Numbered from the stretch's first letter, positions 20,125-30,464 are shown. The stretch: 64,000 bases of DNA from a virus (IMGVR_UViG_3300033073_001516:87747-151746); one strand, 5' to 3'. A program made the numbers and translations. The notes: a model not told the origin generated them from the sequence alone.

Positions 20125-21864
20125 CTACTTCTCGTCAAGCTCAGGAACCGGTTCAAGAACAAACTTGTATCTCTTTCCAGTCTTGTTGAAACGGATCGAA
20201 AGGAAGTCTTCTTCTTCGATAAGAGTGTAATCTCCTCTATCGTTTCTGAGGTGCAAGTCGCCTGTGTAAATATTAGCCCATCGATTTGAAGGAGAGCCAA
20301 GATCGGTTATAACGTCTCCGAATGGAAGAAGACTTCCAGTCACAAGAGCCTTAACCTCAAGCACATCTGATGTTGTATCACCAAGATATGTCGACCCAGT
20401 TACAATTAGATTGTGCTTGATAGTGGTTGCGCCAGTAGAAGATCCAACTGAGATTGCAGTCGCTGCGCCAGCGATATTGACTGTAGTCGCAGTCGCGTTG
20501 AAAACGTTGGCTGTTGCAACTGCAGATGTAAGACTGACTGTACCTGCCGTGGCTTGCTCAATAGTAGCAATGCTAGCGCCATCTCTTCTGAAGGTCGTGC
20601 CCGAAACTCCTGCGTCGATATAAACGCCAGAGCTTCCGCTGATGTAAGCGTTATAACCTGGTTGGGCCGCAACAACTATATCTTTGGCGATAGCAGTTAG
20701 TTTCGCAGCATTCCCGGTGCTTGATCCGTAAGATCCGGATCCGATTCCCAAGAAAGAGGTACCATCACGATAGAAAAAAGCTCCCGCTGTTCCAGCTTTG
20801 AGATCAACTTGAGAACCTGAAACTGCAATAACTGAGCCATCAGATGATGTGACCTGAGCGATTATACCATTTACTTGGATAGATGAAGCTCTGATCGGCT
20901 GAAGGTTGGTAAGGCTGATCGTGGTGTCACCAGGAACAGATGTAGTCTTTGTAGCAGCGAAAGAATTGTTGGAGTTGGACCACACAAACGCAACGTTGTT
21001 TCCAGCTCCAGTAATTCCTCCCACAAATCCTCTGTCACCAGCTGATCCAGCCACCGAGCCAGTTGTGAAGCCAAACGCTACTATTGGATCTTCAATCGTT
21101 AAATTTGTAACGTCAACGGTCATTGTAGTTCCCTGGACTTCAAAATCTCCTGGAACAATGACTTTACCCGTTGACGATCCGATTGTAGTCGTGGCTGTTG
21201 CTCCGCCGATGTTAAGAGCAACGGTGGCGCCGGCGTTTATAAGATTGAATGTTGTAGCAGTCGTGTTAAGGTCTCCGCCGTTAACAGACACGTCGCCCGT
21301 AACCGTAACATCGCCGATCAGTCCGCTTGTGCCCTGAACATTTAGATTTCCGACAGTTTGAAGAGCTGATCCGCTGATAACTCCAGTACCGCTGATCTGA
21401 CCAAGAGTGACCCCAGCGTCTTTAACCGTGATAGATCCAGAAGCAACGACTGGACCAGAGAAAAGTGCAGTGTTAGAAGTTGGGCTGCTACCTGAAACTG
21501 CAAAAAATACGTCGGATCCTTTTGAGCTAGCAGCGCTGTTGAAACCGATTGCGATAGAAGATGTTGTGTAAGCCGCAGTAGCCGACGCTTCTTTGAACAC
21601 CGAGGCGGCTGAAGCAGCAGCAGTTCCAGTAACTTCCCACTGACCCAATGCGTTGTAATTAACAGTGATGTTCGGTCCGGCAGCGATGATATCATTTCCG
21701 CCAGCCGTGCTTCTGATGCTACCTGTCAAAGAGCTTGCGTAAACCGTTCCCCACTTGAACGAATTGCTGCCAAGACTATCTTTTGTTGTAGAGGGAATGA
21801 GCGAGCCAGTGACCGCAACAATTCCAGTGTTAAGTGAACCTGAGAGACTACCGACCAATGCCAT
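20125..21864 (-). CDS. Tail-fibre-like structural protein, Ser/Thr/Gly-rich
   Basis: Beta-rich low-complexity sequence; C-terminal DLGS...RWANIYTGDLHLRNDRGDYTLIEEE...KTGKRYKF domain typical of large-phage fibre proteins. Confidence 0.75.
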   Translation of the reverse strand: MALVGSLSGSLNTGIVAVTGSLIPSTTKDSLGSNSFKWGTVYASSLTGSIRSTAGGNDIIAAGPNITVNYNALGQWEVTGTAAASAASVFKEASATAAYTTSSIAIGFNSAASSKGSDVFFAVSGSSPTSNTALFSGPVVASGSITVKDAGVTLGQISGTGVISGSALQTVGNLNVQGTSGLIGDVTVTGDVSVNGGDLNTTATTFNLINAGATVALNIGGATATTTIGSSTGKVIVPGDFEVQGTTMTVDVTNLTIEDPIVAFGFTTGSVAGSAGDRGFVGGITGAGNNVAFVWSNSNNSFAATKTTSVPGDTTISLTNLQPIRASSIQVNGIIAQVTSSDGSVIAVSGSQVDLKAGTAGAFFYRDGTSFLGIGSGSYGSSTGNAAKLTAIAKDIVVAAQPGYNAYISGSSGVYIDAGVSGTTFRRDGASIATIEQATAGTVSLTSAVATANVFNATATTVNIAGAATAISVGSSTGATTIKHNLIVTGSTYLGDTTSDVLEVKALVTGSLLPFGDVITDLGSPSNRWANIYTGDLHLRNDRGDYTLIEEEDFLSIRFNKTGKRYKFVLEPVPELDEK

Positions 21865-21907
21865 TTAAAGCTCCGATTGAAGATCGATTTTAAATATCTT
21901 CGATTTT

Positions 21908-22960
21908 TTAATCTATAGCTTGTAAAACCATCTTGAAGTTCTTTCCCGTTCTGTTATTGACAACTCGAAGATAATCTTCTTCTTCCACTATGGTCCAATC
22001 ACCGCGATCATTTCTTAGATGAAGATCTCCAGTATAGACGTTTGCAAATCTAAGAGAGCTAGATCCTAGATTTCTTGTTCTGTCTCCGTCTGGTATAACA
22101 TCAGATGACAATCTTGCATTAACATACAGAGAGTCAGTTGCATCGACTCCAAGATACGTCGAACCAGAAAGAAATAGATTTCCTGTTGACGTAGAAGCTT
22201 CAAGTTTTAAAAGCTGACGACCGACTCCACCAGAATTTGTCGCTCCGAGTACGATCAAACCAGAGTTAGTGTTGTTGGTTAAGTAAAATTTTCCATCAGA
22301 AGCGTGAGTAACAGATGATTCTCCAAGAGAAGAGCTTAGATTAATAACTCCCTCATCCTGTGAGTATATTCTGGCAGAAGAACCAGAGATAGATCCTCCG
22401 GCAACGAAATTTCCAGATCCGCTAACGTCTCCAGTTGATGAATTGATGAAAGATGACGTGATCCCAGTTGAACTCTTCAGTATGATAGACCCGGACGAGA
22501 CAACATTTCCACCGAACAGGGAGACTTTAGAAGATTCTGCTGCTACGTAGAAAAATACGTCGCTTCCCTTATCTGACGGAGAGTCGATGGCTTCCGATCC
22601 CTTAAAAGCTGCGGAGCCTGTCGTGAAAATAGAGCCGTTCGTTGTGCTGCTAAAATACGATACGCCAGCTCCGCTTCCGCTTATTGGATACGCAATTCCT
22701 GATTTGTTGTAGATCGTTCCTGATACTACCAAATCTCCGCCGATCGTTACAACACCTCTTGTTGCAGTCCCGAAAGATCCGGAAGTTCCAGAAATGAATA
22801 GCCATGTGTCAGCGCTAACTGGAATTTTAGCGACGTCGTATCCGCCTGATTCATCTGTCGCAGCGCTCAGTCCATACACAAGCAGAGGAGCATCTGCCGT
22901 GCTACCAGAGTTTATGATCTGGTTGACTCTTATCTGCCTTGTTCTGAAGTCTACAGACAT
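21908..22960 (-). CDS. Tail-fibre-like structural protein (paralogous C-terminus)
   Basis: Same C-terminal domain RFANVYTGDLHLRNDRGDWTIVEEE; many SGS/TGS motifs. Confidence 0.75.
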   Translation of the reverse strand: MSVDFRTRQIRVNQIINSGSTADAPLLVYGLSAATDESGGYDVAKIPVSADTWLFISGTSGSFGTATRGVVTIGGDLVVSGTIYNKSGIAYPISGSGAGVSYFSSTTNGSIFTTGSAAFKGSEAIDSPSDKGSDVFFYVAAESSKVSLFGGNVVSSGSIILKSSTGITSSFINSSTGDVSGSGNFVAGGSISGSSARIYSQDEGVINLSSSLGESSVTHASDGKFYLTNNTNSGLIVLGATNSGGVGRQLLKLEASTSTGNLFLSGSTYLGVDATDSLYVNARLSSDVIPDGDRTRNLGSSSLRFANVYTGDLHLRNDRGDWTIVEEEDYLRVVNNRTGKNFKMVLQAID

Positions 22961-23286
22961 TACGCCGTAACCTCGATGGCATGAATGTGAACCGAATCAG
23001 AGTTTGGGACTGATGCTTTTAAAACAAGTTGGGTCGAACTAACAGAAACTATGAACACATTGAAATTTGCTAGCGTTCCGATTGGAGTAAGCGTAACTTT
23101 AGGAGCGCTAGTAAATGTTTTTGTGAAATTGTAAGTTATCTGATCAGAACCGCCGAAAGATGCAGTCGCTGCCTCTATAGTTGCTGACATTGTGGGCTCC
23201 GACGTTGAGGTGAAAACTATCACCGGTTCACGACGCAAGAATGGATAAGTCTTCTTGTATCGTTGTAGATCTATCTTTGTAGGCAC
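22960..23286 (-). CDS. Small fibre-associated beta-sandwich protein (H-type lectin-like)
   Basis: ITYNFTKTFTSAPKVTLT pattern. Confidence 0.5.
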   Translation of the reverse strand: MPTKIDLQRYKKTYPFLRREPVIVFTSTSEPTMSATIEAATASFGGSDQITYNFTKTFTSAPKVTLTPIGTLANFNVFIVSVSSTQLVLKASVPNSDSVHIHAIEVTA

Positions 23287-23316
23287 GGTGACGTCTCCGC
23301 CCTTAAGTATTCAACT

Positions 23317-24642
23317 CTACAGCATCTGGCCAGCAAGAGTGGCCAGCTCAGAGCGCTCGCCACGCTCCAAAGTTACATGAGATGTTAGATCAGAAGTCTT
23401 CAACTTCTCTACTGCAATTGTAAGACCGTTAGAGTAGCTGTCAATGTAGGGAGTGTCGATCTGATCAATGTCTCCGAGCAAAACAATCTTACTATTCTTA
23501 CCAGTTCTCGTGATGATGGTCTTGAGTTCGTGAATCGTAGTATTCTGAGCTTCATCAACAATGATAAAAGCTTCGCTGAATGTTCGACCTCTGATGAACG
23601 CTAGAGGAGCAACGTCGATGTCTCCACGGTTTCTCATCATCTCAAAATAAGTTGATTCTCCGAAAGCTTGTCTAAAGTTGTCGACAATCGGCGAAAGCCA
23701 AGGAGCCATCTTGTCATCAATGTCACCGGGTAAGAACCCAAGCTCTTTACCGACCGGCTCGATCGAACGAGTGATGATGATCCTCTTGTAAGTCTTCTCA
23801 CTGAATCCCTGCATAGCGGCTGCTAAAGTAAGGAAAGTCTTACCACTTCCAGCTAAGCCAGAAAGAGACACCAACGGGATCTCAGGATCAAGTAGAGCAT
23901 GAAGAGCAAACTTTTGCTCTTTGCTTCTAGCATTCACACTATTGCACTTGTAATTGAGAGGCTTGAGCTTTCCATTCTTATGAATGGCAAGAAATGACTT
24001 CTTCGGATCCAGATCGGAAGTTCCATACACAAATTGGTTCGGGTGAAGCTCTGGCATCCAATCAGAAACCTCGAGCTCTTTTTGGGAGTAGAACATGTCG
24101 ATGTCACGATCAGCAAATTCAATAGCTTCCTGACCCGAGAACATCTGACCACCTTCCTTCACGCTCTTGACGTGATCTCGGTAGTAATCCTCAGCCACCA
24201 ATCCCAGAGCATCGCACTTGACCCGAAGGTTGATGTCCTTCGTTACGACCTTCACCGTGGCCTCTGGGTGACCCTTCTTGAGGCCCAAGGCCACAGCGAT
24301 GAGTTGGTTATCGCCCTTCTTAAAATCGAGCCCTGAGGGAAGCTGGATGCCCAACGGGCTCAACTCATTTTCTATACGAACCGTTTGCTCGTTTCCAACG
24401 TCAACTCCGTTGTGAAGATTTCCGGTTGACCTTAGCTGATCCAAATATCGATTAACGTAACGAGCAGATGAACCGAGAAGGTCCTGACGCTCTTTAAACC
24501 TATCAAGCTCTTCTAGAACAACGAGCGGGAGAACAACGTCATTACCAGGAAAAGAGTGAATGCTCTGCATATCATGTAAAAGAACTGAGGTGTCTATTAC
24601 AAGAATCTTTCTATTTCCGTGTTTGTCTTGACGAGGCTGCAA
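23317..24642 (-). CDS. phoH: PIN-PhoH fusion (PhoH2/YlaK type)
   Basis: VIDTSVLLHD...VLEELD PIN domain; GLAGSGKT, LGFLPG, RGRTF, IVDEAQN. Confidence 0.93.
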   Translation of the reverse strand: MQPRQDKHGNRKILVIDTSVLLHDMQSIHSFPGNDVVLPLVVLEELDRFKERQDLLGSSARYVNRYLDQLRSTGNLHNGVDVGNEQTVRIENELSPLGIQLPSGLDFKKGDNQLIAVALGLKKGHPEATVKVVTKDINLRVKCDALGLVAEDYYRDHVKSVKEGGQMFSGQEAIEFADRDIDMFYSQKELEVSDWMPELHPNQFVYGTSDLDPKKSFLAIHKNGKLKPLNYKCNSVNARSKEQKFALHALLDPEIPLVSLSGLAGSGKTFLTLAAAMQGFSEKTYKRIIITRSIEPVGKELGFLPGDIDDKMAPWLSPIVDNFRQAFGESTYFEMMRNRGDIDVAPLAFIRGRTFSEAFIIVDEAQNTTIHELKTIITRTGKNSKIVLLGDIDQIDTPYIDSYSNGLTIAVEKLKTSDLTSHVTLERGERSELATLAGQML

Positions 24643-24694
24643 AATGTCTCCTTTAGAGTAAAGATATCAACTAAGAGAAGAGAGTAATCTGAAT

Positions 24695-24955
24695 ATGCCG
24701 CAACAAGCAAACGAAAATGTAGCTATCAATACGACATGTTTTTCTGAGCATGAAAAGCGTGGATTGACATGTGAAAAGAAATCCTGCCGCCTCTGGATGG
24801 CGGCAGGAGAGTATCTAAATTGCGCGGCTATAGCTGCGAATAAGAATGATGAAGGAATGACTCTTCAGCAGATTGGTGACATATTCGGAGTCACAAGGAT
24901 GAGAATATGTCAGCTTGAGAAATCATCGCTTCAAAAAGCTCAATCGTCAGTTTGA
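24695..24955 (+). CDS. Stand-alone sigma-70 region 4 HTH protein with Cys-rich N-terminus
   Basis: MTLQQIGDIFGVTRMRICQLEKSSLQK. Confidence 0.85.
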   Translation: MPQQANENVAINTTCFSEHEKRGLTCEKKSCRLWMAAGEYLNCAAIAANKNDEGMTLQQIGDIFGVTRMRICQLEKSSLQKAQSSV

Positions 24956-24956
24956 G

Positions 24957-25313
24957 TTACTGAGCTTTGGTAGCTGCAGTAAGAGCGTTGACGATCTCAG
25001 TTTTTGTGCTAGTAGAAGTGACCGAAAGATTCAAAGACTGAGCAACGGCCAGAAGCTGTGTCTTAGACCATGATGCGTCCCAATTTGGAACGTTGTTATC
25101 AACTTTTTCCTCGACAATGTTCTCTTCCTGCAGCTCTGTCTTGTTAGCTTCATCGATCGTAGTCTCAATCGCAACAGCTAGTGGTACATCGACAATCTTA
25201 ACTTCGCTCTCTACAGCTGGGACGGGAGTCGAAATCTCCTCAGCTACATTTGTGACAGCAGAGCTGTCAGCGAAGTGCTTACGATTGGCAAGATTGTATA
25301 AGCTAGCAGGCAT
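24957..25313 (-). CDS. Hypothetical protein with C-terminal HeH/Rho-N-like motif
   Basis: WSKTQLLAVAQSLNL...STKTEIVNAL. Confidence 0.55.
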   Translation of the reverse strand: MPASLYNLANRKHFADSSAVTNVAEEISTPVPAVESEVKIVDVPLAVAIETTIDEANKTELQEENIVEEKVDNNVPNWDASWSKTQLLAVAQSLNLSVTSTSTKTEIVNALTAATKAQ

Positions 25314-25314
25314 A

Positions 25315-25527
25315 TTAAGACTCGCTATCAGCTGTCTTGCGCTGCTTCTCGATTTCGACCATCAGCTTTGTAAGAGTGGCAGACTCCTTCTTGAGAAGTC
25401 TAAGACCTCTGCGCGCTCTCACTCCAGCCGAAACATTACCACGAGCGTTCTTCTGAACATCGAGTTCTGTTGACTCGACAAGGGCCTTGATCTTATTCCA
25501 GCACTCGCTAATTGCATCGTTAGACAT
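25315..25527 (-). CDS. Histone H1-like (Hc1-family) small protein
   Basis: GNVSAGVRARRGL motif. Confidence 0.75.
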   Translation of the reverse strand: MSNDAISECWNKIKALVESTELDVQKNARGNVSAGVRARRGLRLLKKESATLTKLMVEIEKQRKTADSES

Positions 25528-25539
25528 TTTTATACTCCA

Positions 25540-25779
25540 TTAATCGATTATGATGTTGCTAGTTGGAAGTTGCGCTTCATCAAGCGCTTCTTTGGCAGCG
25601 TCAGAGATACGAACCAGTGTGGCGCGATCCTCCAACTCAAGTGACAAAAGACTTATGATTTGAAGTATCTGCTTTTGATTGACGCCAAACTTAAGTATCT
25701 CATTGACAATTTGTCTGCTCTTAAGGGATTCAGCAGCCCAAATTTCTGTTTCAGTTTGTCCGAATTTCTTAGCTTCCAT
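25540..25779 (-). CDS. Hypothetical protein
   Basis: 79 aa coupled ORF. Confidence 0.65.
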   Translation of the reverse strand: MEAKKFGQTETEIWAAESLKSRQIVNEILKFGVNQKQILQIISLLSLELEDRATLVRISDAAKEALDEAQLPTSNIIID

Positions 25780-26231
25780 TAGAATGCCTCGATTTTAAAC
25801 CTTTCTTCGCCTAGGAAAATAAGTCTTTTCCCATGAAGATCACCGTCATCGTCCTCTTCTCTCGTCAAAATGATCCAAGAATCCCAAGCTTTGCTTAGAT
25901 AAATCCACTCAGCATGCTCCCAAGTTGAAATATCGCTTTGGTAAGAGTCTAAAACATCTGAAAGAGATTTCGGAAGAGAGAGTCTGATATCTGATATGTT
26001 CGGAAGAGTCTTAGATTCTTCTTTTGTTGTAAGCTCAGACTTACAGATGTCGACCACTTTGTGAATGATTCCGCAATTATTACATTGCGCAAATTTAGGC
26101 TGAACGGTGTCAGACTCTTCATCCAAAATTGAGAAAACTGCGAATTTATGAAAAACAGGATCGTGGCTTTCTTTAAATTGCGGAAGTATGCAATGACATT
26201 GAATCAGATGTTTTATTCCGCTGAGTGGCAT
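25779..26231 (-). CDS. Hypothetical protein with Cys motifs
   Basis: CHC and CNNC. Confidence 0.65.
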   Translation of the reverse strand: MPLSGIKHLIQCHCILPQFKESHDPVFHKFAVFSILDEESDTVQPKFAQCNNCGIIHKVVDICKSELTTKEESKTLPNISDIRLSLPKSLSDVLDSYQSDISTWEHAEWIYLSKAWDSWIILTREEDDDGDLHGKRLIFLGEERFKIEAF

Positions 26232-26516
26232 CTATCGTCCGAACAGGCTCGTCTTCTTTACCGTTGTATCGACTTCAATAGTTCCATGATTACGATTAGC
26301 ATTGACGTGCTTGTTTGCGACAGAAACATATTGATTGACGCCGTTGTACGCTACGCCCTCTACAGTCATCGATGCAACTGCTACAACTCTTCTGATCTGA
26401 TCATCTGTCAACTTTAGTTCATTTCTAAGAACAGAAGTCAAAGCAACAGCGAGATTGTCGTTGATTGCTCCAACAACATCATTCGTGACCTTTCCCATAT
26501 CGCTTTCTAAACTCAA
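26232..26516 (-). CDS. Hypothetical protein
   Basis: Strong AGGAGG RBS upstream. Confidence 0.65.
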   Translation of the reverse strand: MSLESDMGKVTNDVVGAINDNLAVALTSVLRNELKLTDDQIRRVVAVASMTVEGVAYNGVNQYVSVANKHVNANRNHGTIEVDTTVKKTSLFGR

Positions 26517-26564
26517 AATAACCTCCTTTTGAGATTTTCATTTTTTGCCATCAAAAAGTAAAAA

Positions 26565-27008
26565 TTAACGTGTGAATTTATCGGCTATTGTTGTAGAGGC
26601 CCAAGCGTCCGGTTTAATAGTGGGCTCATAGCCCATACCGCTGATGTAAGACTTTGCTGCTTTTGCGAGTCTAGCAGACCTACTGTCTGGATCAGAAGCG
26701 ATATCAGCGTGAATATTAACGTAAATGTCGGGTTTCTGAGATTTAATAAGCTCGGCCGTCATGACAGATTCATAAACTTCGTGCATCAATCTTTCTTCAA
26801 GAGATTTGAAAGTTGTTCGATTCAGCTTGTTTCTTCTATAAAAGAACTTACCGCCTCGTCCCTCCCAGTAAACGCATATTGCTGTAGCTAATTGCCATTG
26901 ACCCGCTACGAGCTGAGAGTCAGTTCCAACAAAAACTTTTGACTCAGATCCTATCTCAGCAATGATTTCATCTATGCTGTACTGATTACCATCTGGACTT
27001 ATCCACAT
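26565..27008 (-). CDS. RNase H-like YkuK family protein
   Basis: VFVGTDSQ, RLMHE, IHADI, IKPDAWASTTIAD. Confidence 0.85.
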   Translation of the reverse strand: MWISPDGNQYSIDEIIAEIGSESKVFVGTDSQLVAGQWQLATAICVYWEGRGGKFFYRRNKLNRTTFKSLEERLMHEVYESVMTAELIKSQKPDIYVNIHADIASDPDSRSARLAKAAKSYISGMGYEPTIKPDAWASTTIADKFTR

Positions 27009-28231
27009 GACTTGTCCTCCATCAAGATAGCTCCATTTTTAGACAGCACTTGTAAGAATGAATCGCTTGCTTTCTTTCCGCTTTCAATTGAAGACGTCGG
27101 ATAGAGATCATCGAAAAAGCTTGAAACTCCGCTTCTCAATGCTGCCATGCTGTATCTAATGCAGTAGTCTATTCTATCTCTTGAAGTTCCAGCAAGTGAC
27201 TTGTTTTCTTTCCCAACTCTAATTGTGAGAGTTCCAGCTCCTAAAGATGATATTCTTTTTCTCAAAATTTCTTCTTCAGCTGGAGAAGCATTTTTCACTT
27301 TCTCCGAAAGATAAGAAACAACATGGGACATGTTATTCTTCGAACTCTCAAGTTCGACAAAATTGATAAATGCAGTTGCTTTTTCGATCTTCGGACATTG
27401 GGACAAATCCAAGCTTGATATCAACTCTCCCTTTAGAGAAGATACAACATCTGACGCGAATCCTGTAGCAAGGTCAGCCAATGCGTTGCATCCGACTTCA
27501 TCGTAAGGTACTTCAATTGGAATTAGCTGAGCTGTGTTTCTTTGAATGTTGACGGCCGATGTCGTGATAACGTCACCAGAAAATCCTCTCGCAAAAACAA
27601 GATAGGGAGTCAAGTTCTCATTTGAGTCTTGAAAAATTTTATGACACTCTGCAACGCTCTCTATAATTCCATCGATAAAAATCAACTTAGGATAGTTGAC
27701 TGATACTCTATCAGATTTAAGAGATTTGAAAAAATCTATCGATGGATGCCAAGAGCATTGTTGGGATCCAAAAATAATCTCACTTTTCGTTGATTCTGCC
27801 TTGTCAAGGACAATTTTTCCATCACGACCGGCACGTTTGAGACTCTCAATTGCAATTTTCGCCGACTTTTGATCTGACATATTGATCAAAGATCTTTCAA
27901 GCTCTAACAAAGAGAATCTTCTATTTTTACTTTGATTTTTGAACGCTTTCTTATCTTTTGAGCTCAAAAATTTAAGCATGATAAATGATCCGCCGGCCGA
28001 CATCGACTCAGCGTCTACCATGCACTTTAGAAGCATATTCTTCAACGGACCTGAGCTTAGAGCTTGCGATGCGATTCTAAGACAATCTGATTTTGAAGCA
28101 ACACAGGAAGAATCATTCAAATTTACGAACAGCTTACCACTTTCAAGACTGTCGACTAAATTTGAAATTTCAGAAAAAAGCTGCGCAGCTTCACGCCACG
28201 CAGCTTCTGATGTTTTAAGAGTTACTTTCAC
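26999..28231 (-). CDS. Degenerate GroEL/Cpn60-like protein
   Basis: Apical-domain-like IFIDGIIESV..PYLVFARGFSGDV and ILRKRISSLGAGTLTIRVG; lacks GDGTTT. Confidence 0.6.
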   Translation of the reverse strand: MKVTLKTSEAAWREAAQLFSEISNLVDSLESGKLFVNLNDSSCVASKSDCLRIASQALSSGPLKNMLLKCMVDAESMSAGGSFIMLKFLSSKDKKAFKNQSKNRRFSLLELERSLINMSDQKSAKIAIESLKRAGRDGKIVLDKAESTKSEIIFGSQQCSWHPSIDFFKSLKSDRVSVNYPKLIFIDGIIESVAECHKIFQDSNENLTPYLVFARGFSGDVITTSAVNIQRNTAQLIPIEVPYDEVGCNALADLATGFASDVVSSLKGELISSLDLSQCPKIEKATAFINFVELESSKNNMSHVVSYLSEKVKNASPAEEEILRKRISSLGAGTLTIRVGKENKSLAGTSRDRIDYCIRYSMAALRSGVSSFFDDLYPTSSIESGKKASDSFLQVLSKNGAILMEDKSCG

Positions 28232-28266
28232 GCTGAATTTTTGTTATTTCTAGCGAGAAGATAAAC

Positions 28267-28521
28267 TCAATTCTCAATAACTTCTTTCTTAATCCAGTAC
28301 AGGCTGATTCCAGATTCCACAGGCGCTCCAACGACTTTAGAATTTTCTATCAATACTGCCTGCAAAGACTCTTGTCGACCCCCACCCAGGTAAGGAACCG
28401 GATCGACGTCGGTGCCCTTAGATATCATGTATCCAGTCGCTTCTAGATCTGGATACATGAATCCTTTTGCTCCAACAATCGAAGGTTTCACCATGGTAGA
28501 AATCTTAGATTTCGATCTCAA
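28267..28521 (-). CDS. Hypothetical protein
   Basis: 84 aa ORF overlapping the prkA stop. Confidence 0.55.
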   Translation of the reverse strand: MRSKSKISTMVKPSIVGAKGFMYPDLEATGYMISKGTDVDPVPYLGGGRQESLQAVLIENSKVVGAPVESGISLYWIKKEVIEN

Positions 28522-30443
28522 GAATCTCTCCAGAGATTATTGGACGCGAATGTGATAATCTCCTCAGCTGACTCGGGAGTGTATCCATACTCTTTGACCA
28601 TGGTCTCGACCATGTCAGAGTACTTCTTCTGCTGCTCATTGTCACGGCTCTTAGACTTGGTGACAATACGCGCCATATCCTTGACCGAAGCGATCAGGTA
28701 GCTTTCGATAGCTTCCTTGAGTGGCTCATAGGACTTGTAGTCGACCTTCTGGCCACGACGCATCTTGGCAAACATGAAAGCTGTCACGTCTGCTCTGAAA
28801 CCATCACGAGCTGAACCTGTGATTCCGATCTGTTCCTCAATCGACTGGAGGAACCTCTCATCAGGAGCGCGCTCCTCAGATGTAACGCGATCCTTCATCT
28901 TCTGCTTTGTCGTGTACGCCTCAGCATTATCCATGTAGTTATCGAAGAGAGATTGAGCCTGCTCCTCGTAAGCTGTCACGAATGCCTTGGCGATCTCACC
29001 CTCGAGAATCTTAAGGTACTCTTCGCGAATGGTCTTCTGCAGGATCTCGAGGTAGACTTTCTTCTTATCCTCATCGACAATCTGCTCTTTCACCTGCTTG
29101 ATGAGCGCTTCGACAACTCGCATGGGCGTGATGAAGCTCTTGTCAGAATCAGTTAGCGCAGAGTCGATAGCCTTTGTGATGAAGCGAGTCGAGATACCAT
29201 CCATTCCCTCATGACGTGCTTCCTCACGAAGGTCCTTGATATCAACTTTCTTGGTGCGACCCTTCTCAACAACTTCCTGACCATCATAGATCTTCATCTT
29301 AGTGAGAAGGTCACACTTCTGAGACTGACGAAGGCGGCTCATAACTGAGAACATCGCAGCAACCTTAATCGTGTGAGGAGCGATGTGAGCCCTGAAGTCT
29401 GATCTACGAAGCATCTTGTCGTAAATCTTCATCTCCTGCGTGAGCTCAAGAACGTATGGAACTTCAATCTTCACAACACGGTCTAGAATGGCCTCGTTGG
29501 TATGCTCAGACTTGAATCGATTCCACTCGGACTCGTTGCAGTGCGAGATGATGACACCATCGAAGTAGAGCATGGAGTTCTTACCGGGAGTCGGAACCTG
29601 CTTCTCCTGGGTCGCTGTGAGAATCGTGTGAAGGAACTCGATCTCATTCTTAAAGATCTCAACAAACTCTACAACTCCGCGGTTACCGACGTTGAATGCA
29701 CCGTTGAGGTTAAGAACTCTAGGATCATCCTCAGAAAACTTATCAAGCTTTGAGATATCCTCTGAGCCAATTAGAGCTGAGACGTCCTGGGAGTTAGCAT
29801 CCATGGGAGGAACAACTGCAATTCCGCGACGCGCGCGCTGGGAGAATGAAGAGCAAACAACGGGAAACTTTTCATACTCTCCGTTGAATTCATTCATCAG
29901 CCTGAATCGACACACTGGGCAGAGGTCACCTTCGATATGAACCCCTAGAACTTCCTCAAACTGACCACGCAGAGACCTCGGCAGGAGGTGCAGAGGCTCC
30001 TCCCTGACCGGACACCCATCCAAATGATAGATGGGCTCTGCGGCCTTCTCAAGGGCCTTCTTGACACCGTCAGCAAGAGCGCTCTTTCCAGATCCGACTG
30101 GACCCATGAGCAGGAGCACCTGACGGCTTTCCTCTCCCTTCAACGATGCAGACTTCAGGAATCGCATAATCTTAGCAATTACTCTTTCATGACCGTAGAA
30201 ATCATCTTTGAAGTAATTGTAGGTACGAAGCTTGTCACTATCAAAAAGCTTGCGACAACGAGGGTCGCCATCATCCAGAGATTCGACTCCGTATGATTCT
30301 ATGGCATCAACAAGACGACGCGCTGCAAGCTTGGTGACGGTCGGATTTGTCTCGACCAGCTTCAGGTAATCGATAAACGTACCAGACCAAGACTCTTTTG
30401 CCGACTCTTTGCGCTGGTTCTTAATGATCTTAAGGAAATCCAT
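28518..30443 (-). CDS. prkA: PrkA/YeaG family AAA+ ATPase/serine kinase
   Basis: LLLMGPVGSGKS, CPVREEPLHL, NRGVVEFVEIFK, GMDGISTRF. Confidence 0.95.
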   Translation of the reverse strand: MDFLKIIKNQRKESAKESWSGTFIDYLKLVETNPTVTKLAARRLVDAIESYGVESLDDGDPRCRKLFDSDKLRTYNYFKDDFYGHERVIAKIMRFLKSASLKGEESRQVLLLMGPVGSGKSALADGVKKALEKAAEPIYHLDGCPVREEPLHLLPRSLRGQFEEVLGVHIEGDLCPVCRFRLMNEFNGEYEKFPVVCSSFSQRARRGIAVVPPMDANSQDVSALIGSEDISKLDKFSEDDPRVLNLNGAFNVGNRGVVEFVEIFKNEIEFLHTILTATQEKQVPTPGKNSMLYFDGVIISHCNESEWNRFKSEHTNEAILDRVVKIEVPYVLELTQEMKIYDKMLRRSDFRAHIAPHTIKVAAMFSVMSRLRQSQKCDLLTKMKIYDGQEVVEKGRTKKVDIKDLREEARHEGMDGISTRFITKAIDSALTDSDKSFITPMRVVEALIKQVKEQIVDEDKKKVYLEILQKTIREEYLKILEGEIAKAFVTAYEEQAQSLFDNYMDNAEAYTTKQKMKDRVTSEERAPDERFLQSIEEQIGITGSARDGFRADVTAFMFAKMRRGQKVDYKSYEPLKEAIESYLIASVKDMARIVTKSKSRDNEQQKKYSDMVETMVKEYGYTPESAEEIITFASNNLWRDS

Positions 30444-30464
30444 CAGAAACTCTCCTGTATTAAA

